From Candidatus Aldehydirespiratoraceae bacterium (GTDB lineage Bacteria; Actinomycetota; Acidimicrobiia; Acidimicrobiales; Aldehydirespiratoraceae), in contig CBDFKX010000002.1 in the NCBI GenBank assembly GCA_965249055.1, forward strand, positions 1,481,835-1,545,834: a stretch of 64,000 bases of DNA, written 5' to 3'. The number at the start of each line of letters is the position of its first letter. Within the stretch, counting starts at the first letter, position 1. This document shows, in pieces, positions 29,086 to 38,584 of the stretch. A program made the position numbers and the translations under genes. Below the pieces are notes generated by a model, which made no database searches, was not told where the DNA came from, and was given only the letters and a program-made list of their open reading frames with translations.

Positions 29086-29112
29086 TTGCCAGGCCCGTGC
29101 CCGTTCCCTAGG
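29046..29112 (+). repeat. 67-bp copy of the 3' end of the nitronate monooxygenase gene (matches 32659..32725)
   Basis: 64 of 67 positions are identical. The copy ends exactly where the IS481-type remnant begins. Confidence 0.8.
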
Positions 29113-29662
29113 TGTGCATTCCGAGGACGTTGTCCTTGGTTAGTTGGGTGAGGGTGGCCATGGGGGTGTCCCAGTTGAGGGCTCCGTGGGGCCGGTGTTG
29201 ATTGTAGTGGGTCATGAACATTTGGTGGGGGTCGCTGCGTTGGGTGTCTGATTCCCAGTCGCGGGCGTAGGCCCATTCCTCGTTGAGGATGCGGTTGAAT
29301 CGCTCGACTTTGCCGTTGGTCTGGGGCCTGTAGGGCCGGGTGCGCTTAGGGCTGGTGCGGGTGTCTTTGAGTGCTCGTCGGAAGGTGTCTGAGCGGTAGC
29401 ACGGTCCGTTGTCGGTGAGCACGCGTTCACAGCCGATCCACAACAGCGCGAACCAAGCGGCGGCGCGTCTCCAGAAACCGGCTGCGGTGTCGCCGGTCTC
29501 GTTGGTGTGGATCTCTGAGTAGCCGAGGCGGGTGCGGTCGTCGATGGCTGAGTGCACGTAGCGGTACCCGACCTTGCGTCGGGGCCCGGCCCGGCCGCGG
29601 CCGTGTATGCGCCAGCCGCCGCCGTCAGGGATCGCGGGGAGTTTTTTGACGTCTACATGCAC
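29108..29662 (-). pseudogene. IS481-family transposase, integrase-core fragment (N-terminal HTH region lost)
   Basis: ELVHVDVKKL...DDRTRLGYSEI...VLTDNGPCYRS...TRPYRPQTNGKVERFNR...YNQHRPHGAL. There is an in-frame stop just upstream of the core and no recognisable HTH region. Confidence 0.75.
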
Positions 29663-30081
29663 CAGCTCGCCTGGGGTTTCGCGCTGCAGGCCTGGTCACG
29701 ATGGCAAAGTGTGCGACGCCGACACCCGCCGCCGTCGCATCCCTTACTCGCAGCGATCCCGACCTGGCGTCGTTTTCCCGAATGCCGGGTGCCTCGGCAT
29801 CGACGCACCGGATCGATGACATTCGGGCCGTGATTGCCGGCCTTCGGTTTGGTCGGATCGGCTGCGTATGGCAGATGGAAGCCACCGTCCCAATCGCAGC
29901 TCGGGCCGTTGATAACGACCTCGCCGAGGTGAAGCGCAGGTGGCATGGGATTCTCGATCGGGCCATGGATCATCGAACAACCGGAGCAAGTGGATAGTCT
30001 AGTGAATCGCATTCACGCAGTGGTGAGCGACCCTCAGATCACGATCGCGTAGTAGCCTCCAGTCTCGCTCGCGGAACCAGA

Positions 30082-31203
30082 TCACTCGAAGAATTGAACG
30101 CAATTGAGTTCCTCGAACGCCTGGATGAGTCGTGCGCCGAACGACGCCTCACCAGCACGAAGCCAGCCCCGCGGGTCGTAGTGCTTCTTGTTCGGTGCGT
30201 CCTTGCCCTCGGGGTTGCCGATCTGCCCTTGTAGGTAGTCGCCCCGCTCGTTGGAGTAGTCCCGGACACCCGACCAGAAGGCCCACTGCAGATCGGTGTC
30301 GATGTTCATCTTGATCACGCCATACCCGATCGCCTCGCGAATCTCAGCCTCAGTCGAGCCTGATCCTCCGTGGAACACGAAGTTGACTGGTTTGGGCGAC
30401 GCGGTGTCGAACTCCGTGTGTACATGAGCCTGAGCGTCGCGCAGAATGGTGGGCGTCAGCTTCACGTTGCCTGGCCGGTACACGCCGTGCACGTTTCCGA
30501 ACGCGGCGGCGATAGTGAAGTTGGGCGAGACTTTCTGGAGTTGGCCGTAGGCGTAGGCGACTTCTTCGGTCGTCGAGTACAGATCCTCGGGACTTGCGTC
30601 TTCGTTGTTGACACCATCTTCCTCACCTCCGGTGATGCCGAGTTCGATTTCGAGCGTCATGCCCATGGCGGTCATGCGTTCGAGGTACTTGGAGCATGTG
30701 TCGATGTTCTGCTCGATCGGCTCTTCGGAGAGGTCGAGCATGTGGGAACTGAATAGAGGGCGACCGGTCGCTGCGTAGACCGCCTCACCTTCGTCCAGCA
30801 GCCCGTCGATCCATGGCAGCAGCTTGCGCGCAGCGTGATCCGTGTGGAGAATTACGCGCGCGCCGTACGAAGCGGCAAGGGCGTTGACGTGGTGGGCAGC
30901 CGCGGTGGCCCCTGCGACCGCGGCGTCGTTCGAGCCCAACCCGATTCCCTTGCCAGCGTTGAACGCTGCTCCGCCGCTCGAGAACTGAATGATCACGGGA
31001 CTGTTTACCGCGACCGCAGCTTCCATTGCCGCGTTCATCGAGTTGCTTCCGACGCAGTTCACCGCCGGGATCGCTCTCTGCTCCGCCTTGGCTTTGGCGA
31101 AGATTTCACGGAGCGAGGAACCGGTCAGAACTCCAGCGGGGAAGTCAGTGTTTAATTCTGCTACCATCGACTCAGGATAACGGAGCGGTTCGGCGATGAT
31201 CAA
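30082..31203 (-). CDS. fbaA: class II fructose-bisphosphate aldolase
   Basis: Collinear with actinobacterial FbaA from memory: IIQFSSGGAAF, HTDHAA, LEIELGITGGEEDGV, AAFGNVHGVYRPGNVKL, FVFHGGSGS, KMNIDTDLQWAF. ATG 31167 is an alternative start. Confidence 0.85.
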   Translation of the reverse strand: MIIAEPLRYPESMVAELNTDFPAGVLTGSSLREIFAKAKAEQRAIPAVNCVGSNSMNAAMEAAVAVNSPVIIQFSSGGAAFNAGKGIGLGSNDAAVAGATAAAHHVNALAASYGARVILHTDHAARKLLPWIDGLLDEGEAVYAATGRPLFSSHMLDLSEEPIEQNIDTCSKYLERMTAMGMTLEIELGITGGEEDGVNNEDASPEDLYSTTEEVAYAYGQLQKVSPNFTIAAAFGNVHGVYRPGNVKLTPTILRDAQAHVHTEFDTASPKPVNFVFHGGSGSTEAEIREAIGYGVIKMNIDTDLQWAFWSGVRDYSNERGDYLQGQIGNPEGKDAPNKKHYDPRGWLRAGEASFGARLIQAFEELNCVQFFE

Positions 31204-31431
31204 GGTTTCGAGCGAGAGCAGCGTCCGACCTGTGGCGACAATCGACTCGGTAGTGTTCGACCTAAATGGCAGACTCGTGGACTCGCGGGGCGCACTGGCT
31301 CGGACACGCAGTGAGGCGGTCCGTCAGCCCCCGGTGGCTGGACCGAATGGCCGGCCCCGATCCTCGTTGGTTGCCGGGAACCCCGCCCCGAGGGCGCACC
31401 GGACCTTGACGGCTATTGGCAGACGTTCGAA

Positions 31432-31803
31432 GTGACGGTTAACGATGAGGTCGTACCCGACCATCACGGCTTGGGGGTTGTCACTCGGATCGAACAAGCC
31501 GGAGATCGAATAATCGTGATCGGTGGGGGGGTGGTTCACGACATGCGCTGCGACGGCACGCTTGAGAACGGAGTCCGTGACGTGGCCGAGTTCGATAAGA
31601 GCACTGAGATCATCGTCGCGGCGAGTTACGAAGACGGTGTACATGTGCTGCGCCCCCAAGGTATGAACTTTGAGGTCCGTCGTTGGCGCGAGGGTGCACA
31701 CTTGATGTGGGACTACGCCATGTTCGTGGCGCGGATGAGGCACCTCGGGTCATCAGACGCTGATCCCCAGGAGGTCCTGGCCTCAGTCGCGGTCCGCTCC
31801 TAG
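31432..31803 (+). CDS. hypothetical protein, paralog of 28065..28589 (possibly N-terminally truncated)
   Basis: Homology starts at 31328, but an in-frame TGA lies just upstream and the first usable start is GTG 31432. Confidence 0.4.
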   Translation: MTVNDEVVPDHHGLGVVTRIEQAGDRIIVIGGGVVHDMRCDGTLENGVRDVAEFDKSTEIIVAASYEDGVHVLRPQGMNFEVRRWREGAHLMWDYAMFVARMRHLGSSDADPQEVLASVAVRS

Positions 31804-31814
31804 GAGGTGCCGGG

Positions 31815-32741
31815 ATGAAGACCCGGATCACAGAACTCTTGGGGATTGACATCCCGGTGGTGCAGGCCCCAATGGGTTACATCGCCCGGGCGCAGTTGGC
31901 TTCGGCGGTATCCAACGCTGGAGGTATGGGCATCATTGAGACGTCCTCGGGTCAACTCGATGAGATCAAGGTGGAGATCGCCAAGATGCGTGACCTCACC
32001 GACCGCCCGTGGGGGGTCAACATCGCTCAGATGTTGATGCCGGACGCCACTGTGATCGATTTTGTGATCGAACACGATGTCCGGTTCGTGACGACCTCGG
32101 CAGGCGATCCTCGGCGTTTCACTTCAATGCTCAAGGCTGCGGGGATCACCGTGTTTCATGTGGTGCCGACCTTACGAGGCGCGCTCAAAGCGGTTGACGC
32201 TGGGGTGGACGGATTGATCGTGGAGGGAGTCGAGGGCGGCGGTTTCAAGAACGCCCACGGGTCGTCGACGATGGTGCTGACGCCACTGGTAAGAGCCGCG
32301 GTGGAGGTGCCGGTGATCGCTGCGGGAGGTATCTGCGACGGTGTGTCGATGGCCGCCGCGCTAACGCTCGGCGCCGACGGTGTACAGATGGGCACGCGAA
32401 TGCTGTCCGCTTCAGAGTCACCGGTTCACGACAACTGGAAACAGGCGGTAATAGCGGCCGCAGAGACCGACACGGTGTTGTTGAACCGATTCGGACGTCC
32501 GGGCATGCGGGCGTTGCGAACAGAGCTGACAGCTGAGATGGAGCACAGCGATCAAGTTCATCTGCCTGGGTTGGATCTGCTCATGGAGCAGTACTTCGGT
32601 GGGCGGATGGATGTGGCGGTGCCGTTCGGCGGCCAAGTAATGGGCCGTATCGATGAAGTGCGCCCGGTGGCCGACATCTTGCGGGAATCCTGGCATGATT
32701 GCCAGGCCCGTCTCCGTTCCCTAGGCGAGGCTGCCGGCTAG
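31815..32741 (+). CDS. nitronate monooxygenase (NMO/FabK-like FMN oxidoreductase)
   Basis: ELLGIDIPVVQAPMGYIA...NAGGMGIIE...PVIAAGGICDG...GADGVQMGTR. Confidence 0.8.
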   Translation: MKTRITELLGIDIPVVQAPMGYIARAQLASAVSNAGGMGIIETSSGQLDEIKVEIAKMRDLTDRPWGVNIAQMLMPDATVIDFVIEHDVRFVTTSAGDPRRFTSMLKAAGITVFHVVPTLRGALKAVDAGVDGLIVEGVEGGGFKNAHGSSTMVLTPLVRAAVEVPVIAAGGICDGVSMAAALTLGADGVQMGTRMLSASESPVHDNWKQAVIAAAETDTVLLNRFGRPGMRALRTELTAEMEHSDQVHLPGLDLLMEQYFGGRMDVAVPFGGQVMGRIDEVRPVADILRESWHDCQARLRSLGEAAG

Positions 32742-32751
32742 CGAACATAGC

Positions 32752-32924
32752 AGCTACTTTGGGCGGTGAGTCAGTTCGCTCGCAGCGGTGACCGCCTTGC
32801 CCCCGACCAAGGCGAGGTGGTGGCAAGCGGTTCACCTGTCGATGTTCTGTCAGACCCTCGTGTCATCGAGTCGTACTTGGGCACCGAATCCGCTGCCAGT
32901 CAACGATCTGGACCAAGATCATGA
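32752..32924 (+). pseudogene. C-terminal remnant of a Liv-type branched-chain amino acid ABC ATPase
   Basis: ...GDRLAPDQGEVVASGSPVDVLSDPRVIESYLGTE fits the LivG/LivF C-terminus (DR..VL..G.V.A.G.P.EV..DPRV.EAYLG). No upstream part is present. Confidence 0.5.
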
Positions 32925-32975
32925 TGTCGGAGTGCATCCGGCGAAAGAGCACGAATAGCCGGGTAATGTTTCGTT

Positions 32976-33602
32976 ATGACTAGTCGGGTGCGACGGGATC
33001 GCGCAGATATCCGTGATCTGCTGCTGGAAGCGGCTATCGCCGAGTTTGCGGAAAATGGTTTCGAAGGCGCTTCGACGATCTCAATTGCCAAAAGAGCCGA
33101 CGCGCACCAGCCCCAAATCAACTACCACTTCTCGTCAAAAGCGGAGTTGTGGCGAGCCGCAATGGACCACCTGTTCTCCCAACTTGACGAGGGCCTCGGT
33201 TACTTCGATCCTGACGCCGATCCGGCGCGAAACTTTGTGTTCTTCCTGCGAAGGTTTGTTGAGTTTTGCGCTGAACGCCCGCAGCTCAACCAGATCATGG
33301 TTCAGGAGGCGACTGCCGTCTCGGAGCGGTTGGAGTGGCTCGTCGACAGGCACATCCGCCCGAGATATTCAACGTTGGCTGCTCAATGGACACAGCTACA
33401 AGATCTTGGTGTCGCGGCCCCGATCGATGTCAGACTCTTTCATCATGTGCTTATGGGAGCGGTCTCGTTGCCCTATACGGTTCGGTTGGAGTTGGAGCTC
33501 TTGACCGGCGCCGATCCTTCCGATCCTGCGCTGATTGACGCACACGTCGACGGCCTGGTTGCAACCCTTCTTCCCGGGCTTCGCGATTCGATGACAAGCT
33601 GA
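32976..33602 (+). CDS. TetR-family transcriptional regulator
   Basis: LLEAAIAEFAENGFEGASTISIAKRADAHQPQINYHFSSK. Confidence 0.8.
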   Translation: MTSRVRRDRADIRDLLLEAAIAEFAENGFEGASTISIAKRADAHQPQINYHFSSKAELWRAAMDHLFSQLDEGLGYFDPDADPARNFVFFLRRFVEFCAERPQLNQIMVQEATAVSERLEWLVDRHIRPRYSTLAAQWTQLQDLGVAAPIDVRLFHHVLMGAVSLPYTVRLELELLTGADPSDPALIDAHVDGLVATLLPGLRDSMTS

Positions 33603-33617
33603 GAGTGTGCAGCAGAG

Positions 33618-35087
33618 TTGAGCGAACGGTTGATTGTGCGGACCCGAGGCCCTCACCCGTTGGTTGCTGCGGCGCTTTCGGTGATTTGGCCCGGTCTCGG
33701 ACATTTTGGGCATCGCAACCGCCGCGCTTTGGTACTGCTACTGAGCTCACTCGCACTTAGCGGCGCGTTGGTTGCCTATGTTGCCACGCGCAGTCAATCA
33801 ACCTTGCTCACCTGGACTTTTGCTCGGTCACCTTTGTGGATCGCCATTGTTGTTGCGGCACTGTCTCTGGTATTTCGAATTTGGGTTGCGGTTGATGCTT
33901 ACATGGTTGCCCACGGCTGGCCTCAACCCCGAGTTCGATCCCGTCGGACTCACCGAGCGATTGCGGCTGCGACGTTTGTTGTTTTGGCCGCCTTCATTGC
34001 CGTGCCGCACTTCTTTGTCGTTCGCTACGCGGTTGCTCAGCTTGATCTGTTGCACGACGTCTTCAGTGCGACAACGACCGTGACCGCAACTCCGACTCCG
34101 CTTGTCGATACGGAGGAGCCATCCGAAAAAGATTCGCTTGCGCATGGTTCTCCCGATCAGGGTTCCGAGCCGGGTTCTTCGTCGATTCCTCCGGATACAA
34201 CGGTGCCAAGAGAGACTTGGGATGGAGACGAACGCCTCACCATCGCGTTGCTTGGCGGTGATAGCGGATTTGACCGCGTTGGAGTGCGAACGGACACGAT
34301 CATTTTGATTTCCATTGATGTGGACACCGGCGACGCGGCAGCTTTCAACATCCCTCGTAACTGGAGAGACCTCACATTCCCTGAAGGCACACCCGCGGCC
34401 GAGCAGTGGCCTGATGGCTATATGGGTATTGCCAACGAGGTCTATTCCCTCGGTTTGAGTCACCCAGATATTTTCCCGGATGTAAGCGACCCTGCGGGTC
34501 ACGCCATCAAGTCCGCCATTGCTCAACTCACGGGCATACCGGTGCAGTATTACGTGCTGATCGACATGGTGGGCTTTATCGAGGTCGTCGACTTGTTCGG
34601 CGGTATCGACCTCCACGTCACCGAAGAGATCAACGACCGACTAAAGCCCGCCGTACTCGGCGGCGAACCAATGGACATCGTGGTCGAACCTGGGAACTAT
34701 CGCTTCAATGGTTTGACCGCTCTGGCTTATGTGAGGGCCAGAACCCGATCCTCTGATTATCACCGCATGAATCGGCAACGTTGCGTCGTCGAAGCCTTGA
34801 TCAACCAGGTGTCGATTCCAGCGGTACTCACCAACTTCGTGTCACTGACCGGGATCATTTCGTCGCATGTCCAAACAGACATTCCGCTTGATCGTGTTGA
34901 CGAACTCGTTGATGTTGCCCGCAAGCTTGACACTTCGTGGATTGTGACCGTCAATTTCATCCCTCCGGAGTTCCCGTCGGGCAGTGCGCCAACGCCTTTG
35001 GTGCGGGAGGCTGTTGCCGAGGCGTTGTTAGGCGTCGCAAACGAAGCTAATGCTGCTCTCTCTGAGTCCTGCCAAAACCCCGAGTAG
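33618..35087 (+). CDS. LCP-family (LytR-CpsA-Psr) cell-envelope phosphotransferase with an N-terminal membrane region
   Basis: GVRTDTIILISID...AFNIPRN...ALAYVRARTRSSDYHRMNRQ. Confidence 0.8.
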   Translation: MSERLIVRTRGPHPLVAAALSVIWPGLGHFGHRNRRALVLLLSSLALSGALVAYVATRSQSTLLTWTFARSPLWIAIVVAALSLVFRIWVAVDAYMVAHGWPQPRVRSRRTHRAIAAATFVVLAAFIAVPHFFVVRYAVAQLDLLHDVFSATTTVTATPTPLVDTEEPSEKDSLAHGSPDQGSEPGSSSIPPDTTVPRETWDGDERLTIALLGGDSGFDRVGVRTDTIILISIDVDTGDAAAFNIPRNWRDLTFPEGTPAAEQWPDGYMGIANEVYSLGLSHPDIFPDVSDPAGHAIKSAIAQLTGIPVQYYVLIDMVGFIEVVDLFGGIDLHVTEEINDRLKPAVLGGEPMDIVVEPGNYRFNGLTALAYVRARTRSSDYHRMNRQRCVVEALINQVSIPAVLTNFVSLTGIISSHVQTDIPLDRVDELVDVARKLDTSWIVTVNFIPPEFPSGSAPTPLVREAVAEALLGVANEANAALSESCQNPE

Positions 35088-35871
35088 GACCCGTGTCAGT
35101 GTGATCGTGTCCTTGCTGGCCGTGATGCCCGTGATCGTCTAGCACGAGCATGCCCTGATCGTGTTTGTGATCTCGGTGGTCTCCCAGTAGGCGTTCACCG
35201 AAAGCCTCCCTGAGCCGCTCCTCGGTGAGCATTTCTTGTGGGCTGCCAGCCCCGATGAGCCTGTTGGCGAGCAACATCACAGAATCACAGTGCCGGGCTT
35301 CGTCAAGGTGGTGTGTGGTGAGGATCACAATCGCGCCCCGGCGGGAATAATCCTCGATCATCGCAAGGATTCGGTCTTGGCTTGGGATGTCAAGACCGGT
35401 TATCGGCTCGTCCAAGAGCAACAGATCCGGTTCAGACGCCAGTACTTGGGCGATCCGGACTCGCTGCTGCTGTCCACCGCTGAGTTCGCCGAAACTGTGA
35501 TTAAAGAGATGGTTGATGTTGAGGCGCTCGCCGGCAGCGTGCATGGCTGCTCGGTCAGCGGCCTTGAGACGGCCGGTGAGGCCCCGCTCGCGATATCGGC
35601 CCATTGCTAACACTTCCTTGGGGGTGAGAGGCATCCAGGTAGCGGGCAGGTGTTGGCAGACGTATGCAAGCCGGTCGGGTACGCCATCGATCTGTCCGGA
35701 GGTGGGGTGTATCAATCCAGCGATGCTCTCCAGCATTGTGGTCTTGCCCGAGCCGTTGACTCCCATGACCGCGGTGGACGTGCCGGGTTCGAACCTGTGG
35801 GTGACATCGTCGAGAGCGTTGAAGTCGTCGAATCGAACGGTCAGGTTCTCAACTTTCACGGCCATCTTCAC
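35047..35871 (-). CDS. metal (Zn/Mn) ABC transporter ATP-binding protein with a His-rich C-terminal tail
   Basis: GVNGSGKTT (Walker A), LSGGQQQRVRIAQ, LLLDEP. Tail: HRDHKHDQ...DDHGHHGQQGHDH. Confidence 0.85.
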   Translation of the reverse strand: MKMAVKVENLTVRFDDFNALDDVTHRFEPGTSTAVMGVNGSGKTTMLESIAGLIHPTSGQIDGVPDRLAYVCQHLPATWMPLTPKEVLAMGRYRERGLTGRLKAADRAAMHAAGERLNINHLFNHSFGELSGGQQQRVRIAQVLASEPDLLLLDEPITGLDIPSQDRILAMIEDYSRRGAIVILTTHHLDEARHCDSVMLLANRLIGAGSPQEMLTEERLREAFGERLLGDHRDHKHDQGMLVLDDHGHHGQQGHDHTDTGPTRGFGRTQREQH

Positions 35872-35880
35872 GCAGTCAGA

Positions 35881-36921
35881 CTAGTTGGGCTGTGCAGAGG
35901 AAAACCGACGGCTTCTCCGGTCCGTTCTGCTCGGCAGAAAGTCCGCACCGCAGCTGTCCTCAGCGCAGTCAGTACCGGAAGATTCGAATTGGAAGGTTGT
36001 GTGTGTGATTCCGTGTTCCTGCTCAGCGATGCGCTGTAACTCAACCAGCAGCTCCGCTTGATCCCTGGATTGGTCAGGGTCGATGAGAACATGCGCCGTA
36101 AGCGATACGAACCCTGACGTCACCGTCCATGCGTGGACATCGTGAATCGCATCCACACCCGGCACGTTCTCCATGTCCGAGCGCAGCTTGCGCAGGTCAA
36201 GATCCTCCGGTACGCCCTCCATCAACACGGCAAGCACCGTTTTGGCGAGATTCCAAGAACCGATGAGGATTAGCAGCACGATCAAGACGCTGATGATCGG
36301 GTCGACGATGACAATCCACTCAACGTCACGCCACACCAAGATGATGATTCCTGAGAGCAGGACGCCGATCGAGCCCATGATGTCGGCCATGACGTGTTGC
36401 AGAGCGCCCTTGACGTTGATGCTTTGTTTTGATGGGTCGCGCAGCATATAAGCCACGGCGATGTTCACGAACATACCGATGCCGCCGACGACGAGAACGG
36501 TGGCTCCTTCGACCTCCGTTTCTCGCCAGCTATTAAAGCGGTTGATCGCTTCCCACATGATCCAGCCAGAGATCAGCCATAGCGACACGACGTTGACCCC
36601 GGCCGCCAGAATCTCGGCGCGGTTGTTGCCGTAGGTGCGCTTGGCCGAGGCTGGCCGTTTGGCCAGCCGGATGGCGAAGAGCGCCAAAGCGATGGAAGTG
36701 CTGTCGGTAAGCATGTGGCCCGCGTCGGCGATCAGCGCCAGGCTTCCCGAGATCACGCCTCCTAGGAGCTCGACGACCATGAAGAGGCCTGTGATCGTGA
36801 GCGCGCCGACAAGGACGCGTCGCGATGCCTCTCTCAGATCGTGATGGTCCTGCCCGTTGTTCCGGTTGCTGCTGTCGCCTGAGGCGGATCGAGCCCTGCG
36901 TCTACGCAGTCTGCGAGCCAT
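35881..36921 (-). CDS. cation diffusion facilitator (CzcD/ZitB-like) efflux transporter
   Basis: Six hydrophobic segments, SLALIADAGHMLTD, HVMADIMGS, and a C-terminal cytoplasmic domain. Confidence 0.85.
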   Translation of the reverse strand: MARRLRRRRARSASGDSSNRNNGQDHHDLREASRRVLVGALTITGLFMVVELLGGVISGSLALIADAGHMLTDSTSIALALFAIRLAKRPASAKRTYGNNRAEILAAGVNVVSLWLISGWIMWEAINRFNSWRETEVEGATVLVVGGIGMFVNIAVAYMLRDPSKQSINVKGALQHVMADIMGSIGVLLSGIIILVWRDVEWIVIVDPIISVLIVLLILIGSWNLAKTVLAVLMEGVPEDLDLRKLRSDMENVPGVDAIHDVHAWTVTSGFVSLTAHVLIDPDQSRDQAELLVELQRIAEQEHGITHTTFQFESSGTDCAEDSCGADFLPSRTDRRSRRFSSAQPN

Positions 36922-37044
36922 GGCGTTCCTAACCGGGGTATTGATGGGCTACCAACCTTGATTTCAGTATGCCCAGTTGATTCAGAAAGTAGCAAGGTTC
37001 GACGACGCCTCGGTGCTGGTGACGGGCTGTCAGCGGTCCAACTT

Positions 37045-37521
37045 TCAGACGAGACGCTCGCATTTTGCACAGTGACCGTGAAGGTCAAGGCTGTGATGAA
37101 GGGGCTTGAAACTGGCGCGGGTAGCGACCAGGTTGAGGTGCTGATCTAGCAGCTCCTCGACCGCATCGTCGAGACGGACATCTTCGATAACGCCGCAGTT
37201 GACGCATACGAGGTGATGGTGGTGTGAGAGCAATGGCTCGGCCAATTCGAAGTGGGCATGGCCGCCGCTGCTGGTTATGCGATTGACAATACCGCATCGC
37301 TCTAGGACTTCAAGGTTGCGGTAGACGGAACTGGAGGCCAGATCGGGCGCGATTGCGACGATGTCGGGCAGCGTGAGCGGTTGGCTCGATCCAACTAATG
37401 CATCGACAAGACGGTGGCGCCCGGTTGTATAGCGGTGGTTGTCGTTGGAGAGTCGCTTGTGCACAAAAGCATGATGTTCAAAGGACTGGTCGTCGGGTCG
37501 GGTTGCTGTTGGCTTTTCCAT
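37045..37521 (-). CDS. zur: Fur-family metalloregulator, probably Zur
   Basis: RYTTGRHRLVDAL..., HHHLVCVNCGVIEDV, HGHCAKCE. Divergent from the znuA-like gene. ATG 37521 leaves the operator-like palindrome upstream. Confidence 0.75.
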   Translation of the reverse strand: MEKPTATRPDDQSFEHHAFVHKRLSNDNHRYTTGRHRLVDALVGSSQPLTLPDIVAIAPDLASSSVYRNLEVLERCGIVNRITSSGGHAHFELAEPLLSHHHHLVCVNCGVIEDVRLDDAVEELLDQHLNLVATRASFKPLHHSLDLHGHCAKCERLV

Positions 37522-37538
37522 CAGGGGTTTTAAATGTA

Positions 37539-37551
37539 AATGAGACTCATT
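37539..37551. promoter_or_regulatory. Fur/Zur-box-like palindrome
   Basis: AATGAG-A-CTCATT (6-1-6 perfect) inside an AT-rich patch between the divergent zur and znuA-like genes. Confidence 0.4.
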
Positions 37552-37589
37552 ATCATTATTACGCATCAACTCTCGAAGGGATCATAGTC

Positions 37590-38576
37590 GTGCGTGTCAG
37601 ACTGCGAACCATATTGGTGATCACGGGGCTGGTTCTAGTGATAGCTGGATGCGCAGATGACTCGTCGGATGGGGAATCGTCGGGTGATGCCGTCGCTACT
37701 GTTCCTAGGGTTCTAGCGACAACTGGTATCTGGTCAGACATCGTTTCGAACGTGGCTTGTGGCGGAATCGTTGATGTGGAGACGATTATCCCCGTCGGCG
37801 GTGATCCCCACGGGTTTGAGCCGTCGCTACAAGACCGTGAGCGCATGGAGAACGCCGCTCTAGTGGTGGTCAACGGCCTTGACCTGGAAGAACGCCTCGA
37901 AGATACCTTGGCAGCAGTTGAGGACTCCGGCACCCCCGTGTTCGAAGCCACCGAGCACACTGAAGCGATCCCCTTCTCGTCGGAGCTGAGCGAACATCAC
38001 CGCGACGGTTCCGAAAATGATGTCGCCGAAGAAGATGACCACCCGGGCGGTGGGGATCCGCATGTATGGTTCGATCCACAGCGGGTCTCGGAAATACTTC
38101 CCGAACTGGCCCATCGCTTGACTACCGATGTGGGGCTCGCGACCGATGCCATCGAGGAGTGCCTGCGTGACTACCAAGCCGAACTCGCAGCGGTTGATGG
38201 CGAAATTATGGAACTAGTCGAGCGAGTGCCTGCCGACAGCCGCAAACTAGTAACCAACCATGACGCTTTGGGTTACTTCGCCAATCGCTACGGATTCGAG
38301 ATTATCGGGACAGTGATCCCCACAGGGGCAATATCTGAGACAAGCCCCGCCCAGCTTCAGGCGTTGGCTGAAACCATCGAACACCAGGGGGTCAAGGCAA
38401 TATTTGCCGAGACTCTGCACTCCACCGACGTCGCCGACACACTTGCGTCGCGGGTCGACGACGTCGAGGTCGTGACGCTTTTTACTGGCAGTCTCGGCCC
38501 ACCGGGCAGTGGCGCAGAGGACTATGTCGGGTTAATGCGCACCAATGCACGTCTGATAGTTGACGCGCTCGGTTAG
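37590..38576 (+). CDS. metal ABC transporter substrate-binding lipoprotein (ZnuA/TroA-like)
   Basis: GTG start. Signal peptide with lipobox LVIAGC. Acidic/His-rich loop (SEHHRDGSENDVAEEDDHPGGGDPH) typical of ZnuA. Confidence 0.8.
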   Translation: MRVRLRTILVITGLVLVIAGCADDSSDGESSGDAVATVPRVLATTGIWSDIVSNVACGGIVDVETIIPVGGDPHGFEPSLQDRERMENAALVVVNGLDLEERLEDTLAAVEDSGTPVFEATEHTEAIPFSSELSEHHRDGSENDVAEEDDHPGGGDPHVWFDPQRVSEILPELAHRLTTDVGLATDAIEECLRDYQAELAAVDGEIMELVERVPADSRKLVTNHDALGYFANRYGFEIIGTVIPTGAISETSPAQLQALAETIEHQGVKAIFAETLHSTDVADTLASRVDDVEVVTLFTGSLGPPGSGAEDYVGLMRTNARLIVDALG

Positions 38577-38584
38577 AACTGACT

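Noticed and set aside
29653-30012. ORF between the IS481 remnant and fba (MIHGPIENPMPPALHLGEVVINGPSCDWDGGFHLPYA...), considered as a real N-terminal gene fragment.
   Set aside because: It looks protein-like for about 50 codons, but I recognise no family. It also runs into the IS remnant. The evidence is too weak to report as a feature.
36925-37000. Direct repeat TTGATTTCAG / TTGATTCAG upstream of the CDF gene, considered as a metalloregulator operator.
   Set aside because: It is a direct repeat rather than an inverted one and matches no ArsR/SmtB or Zur box that I know. The support is insufficient.
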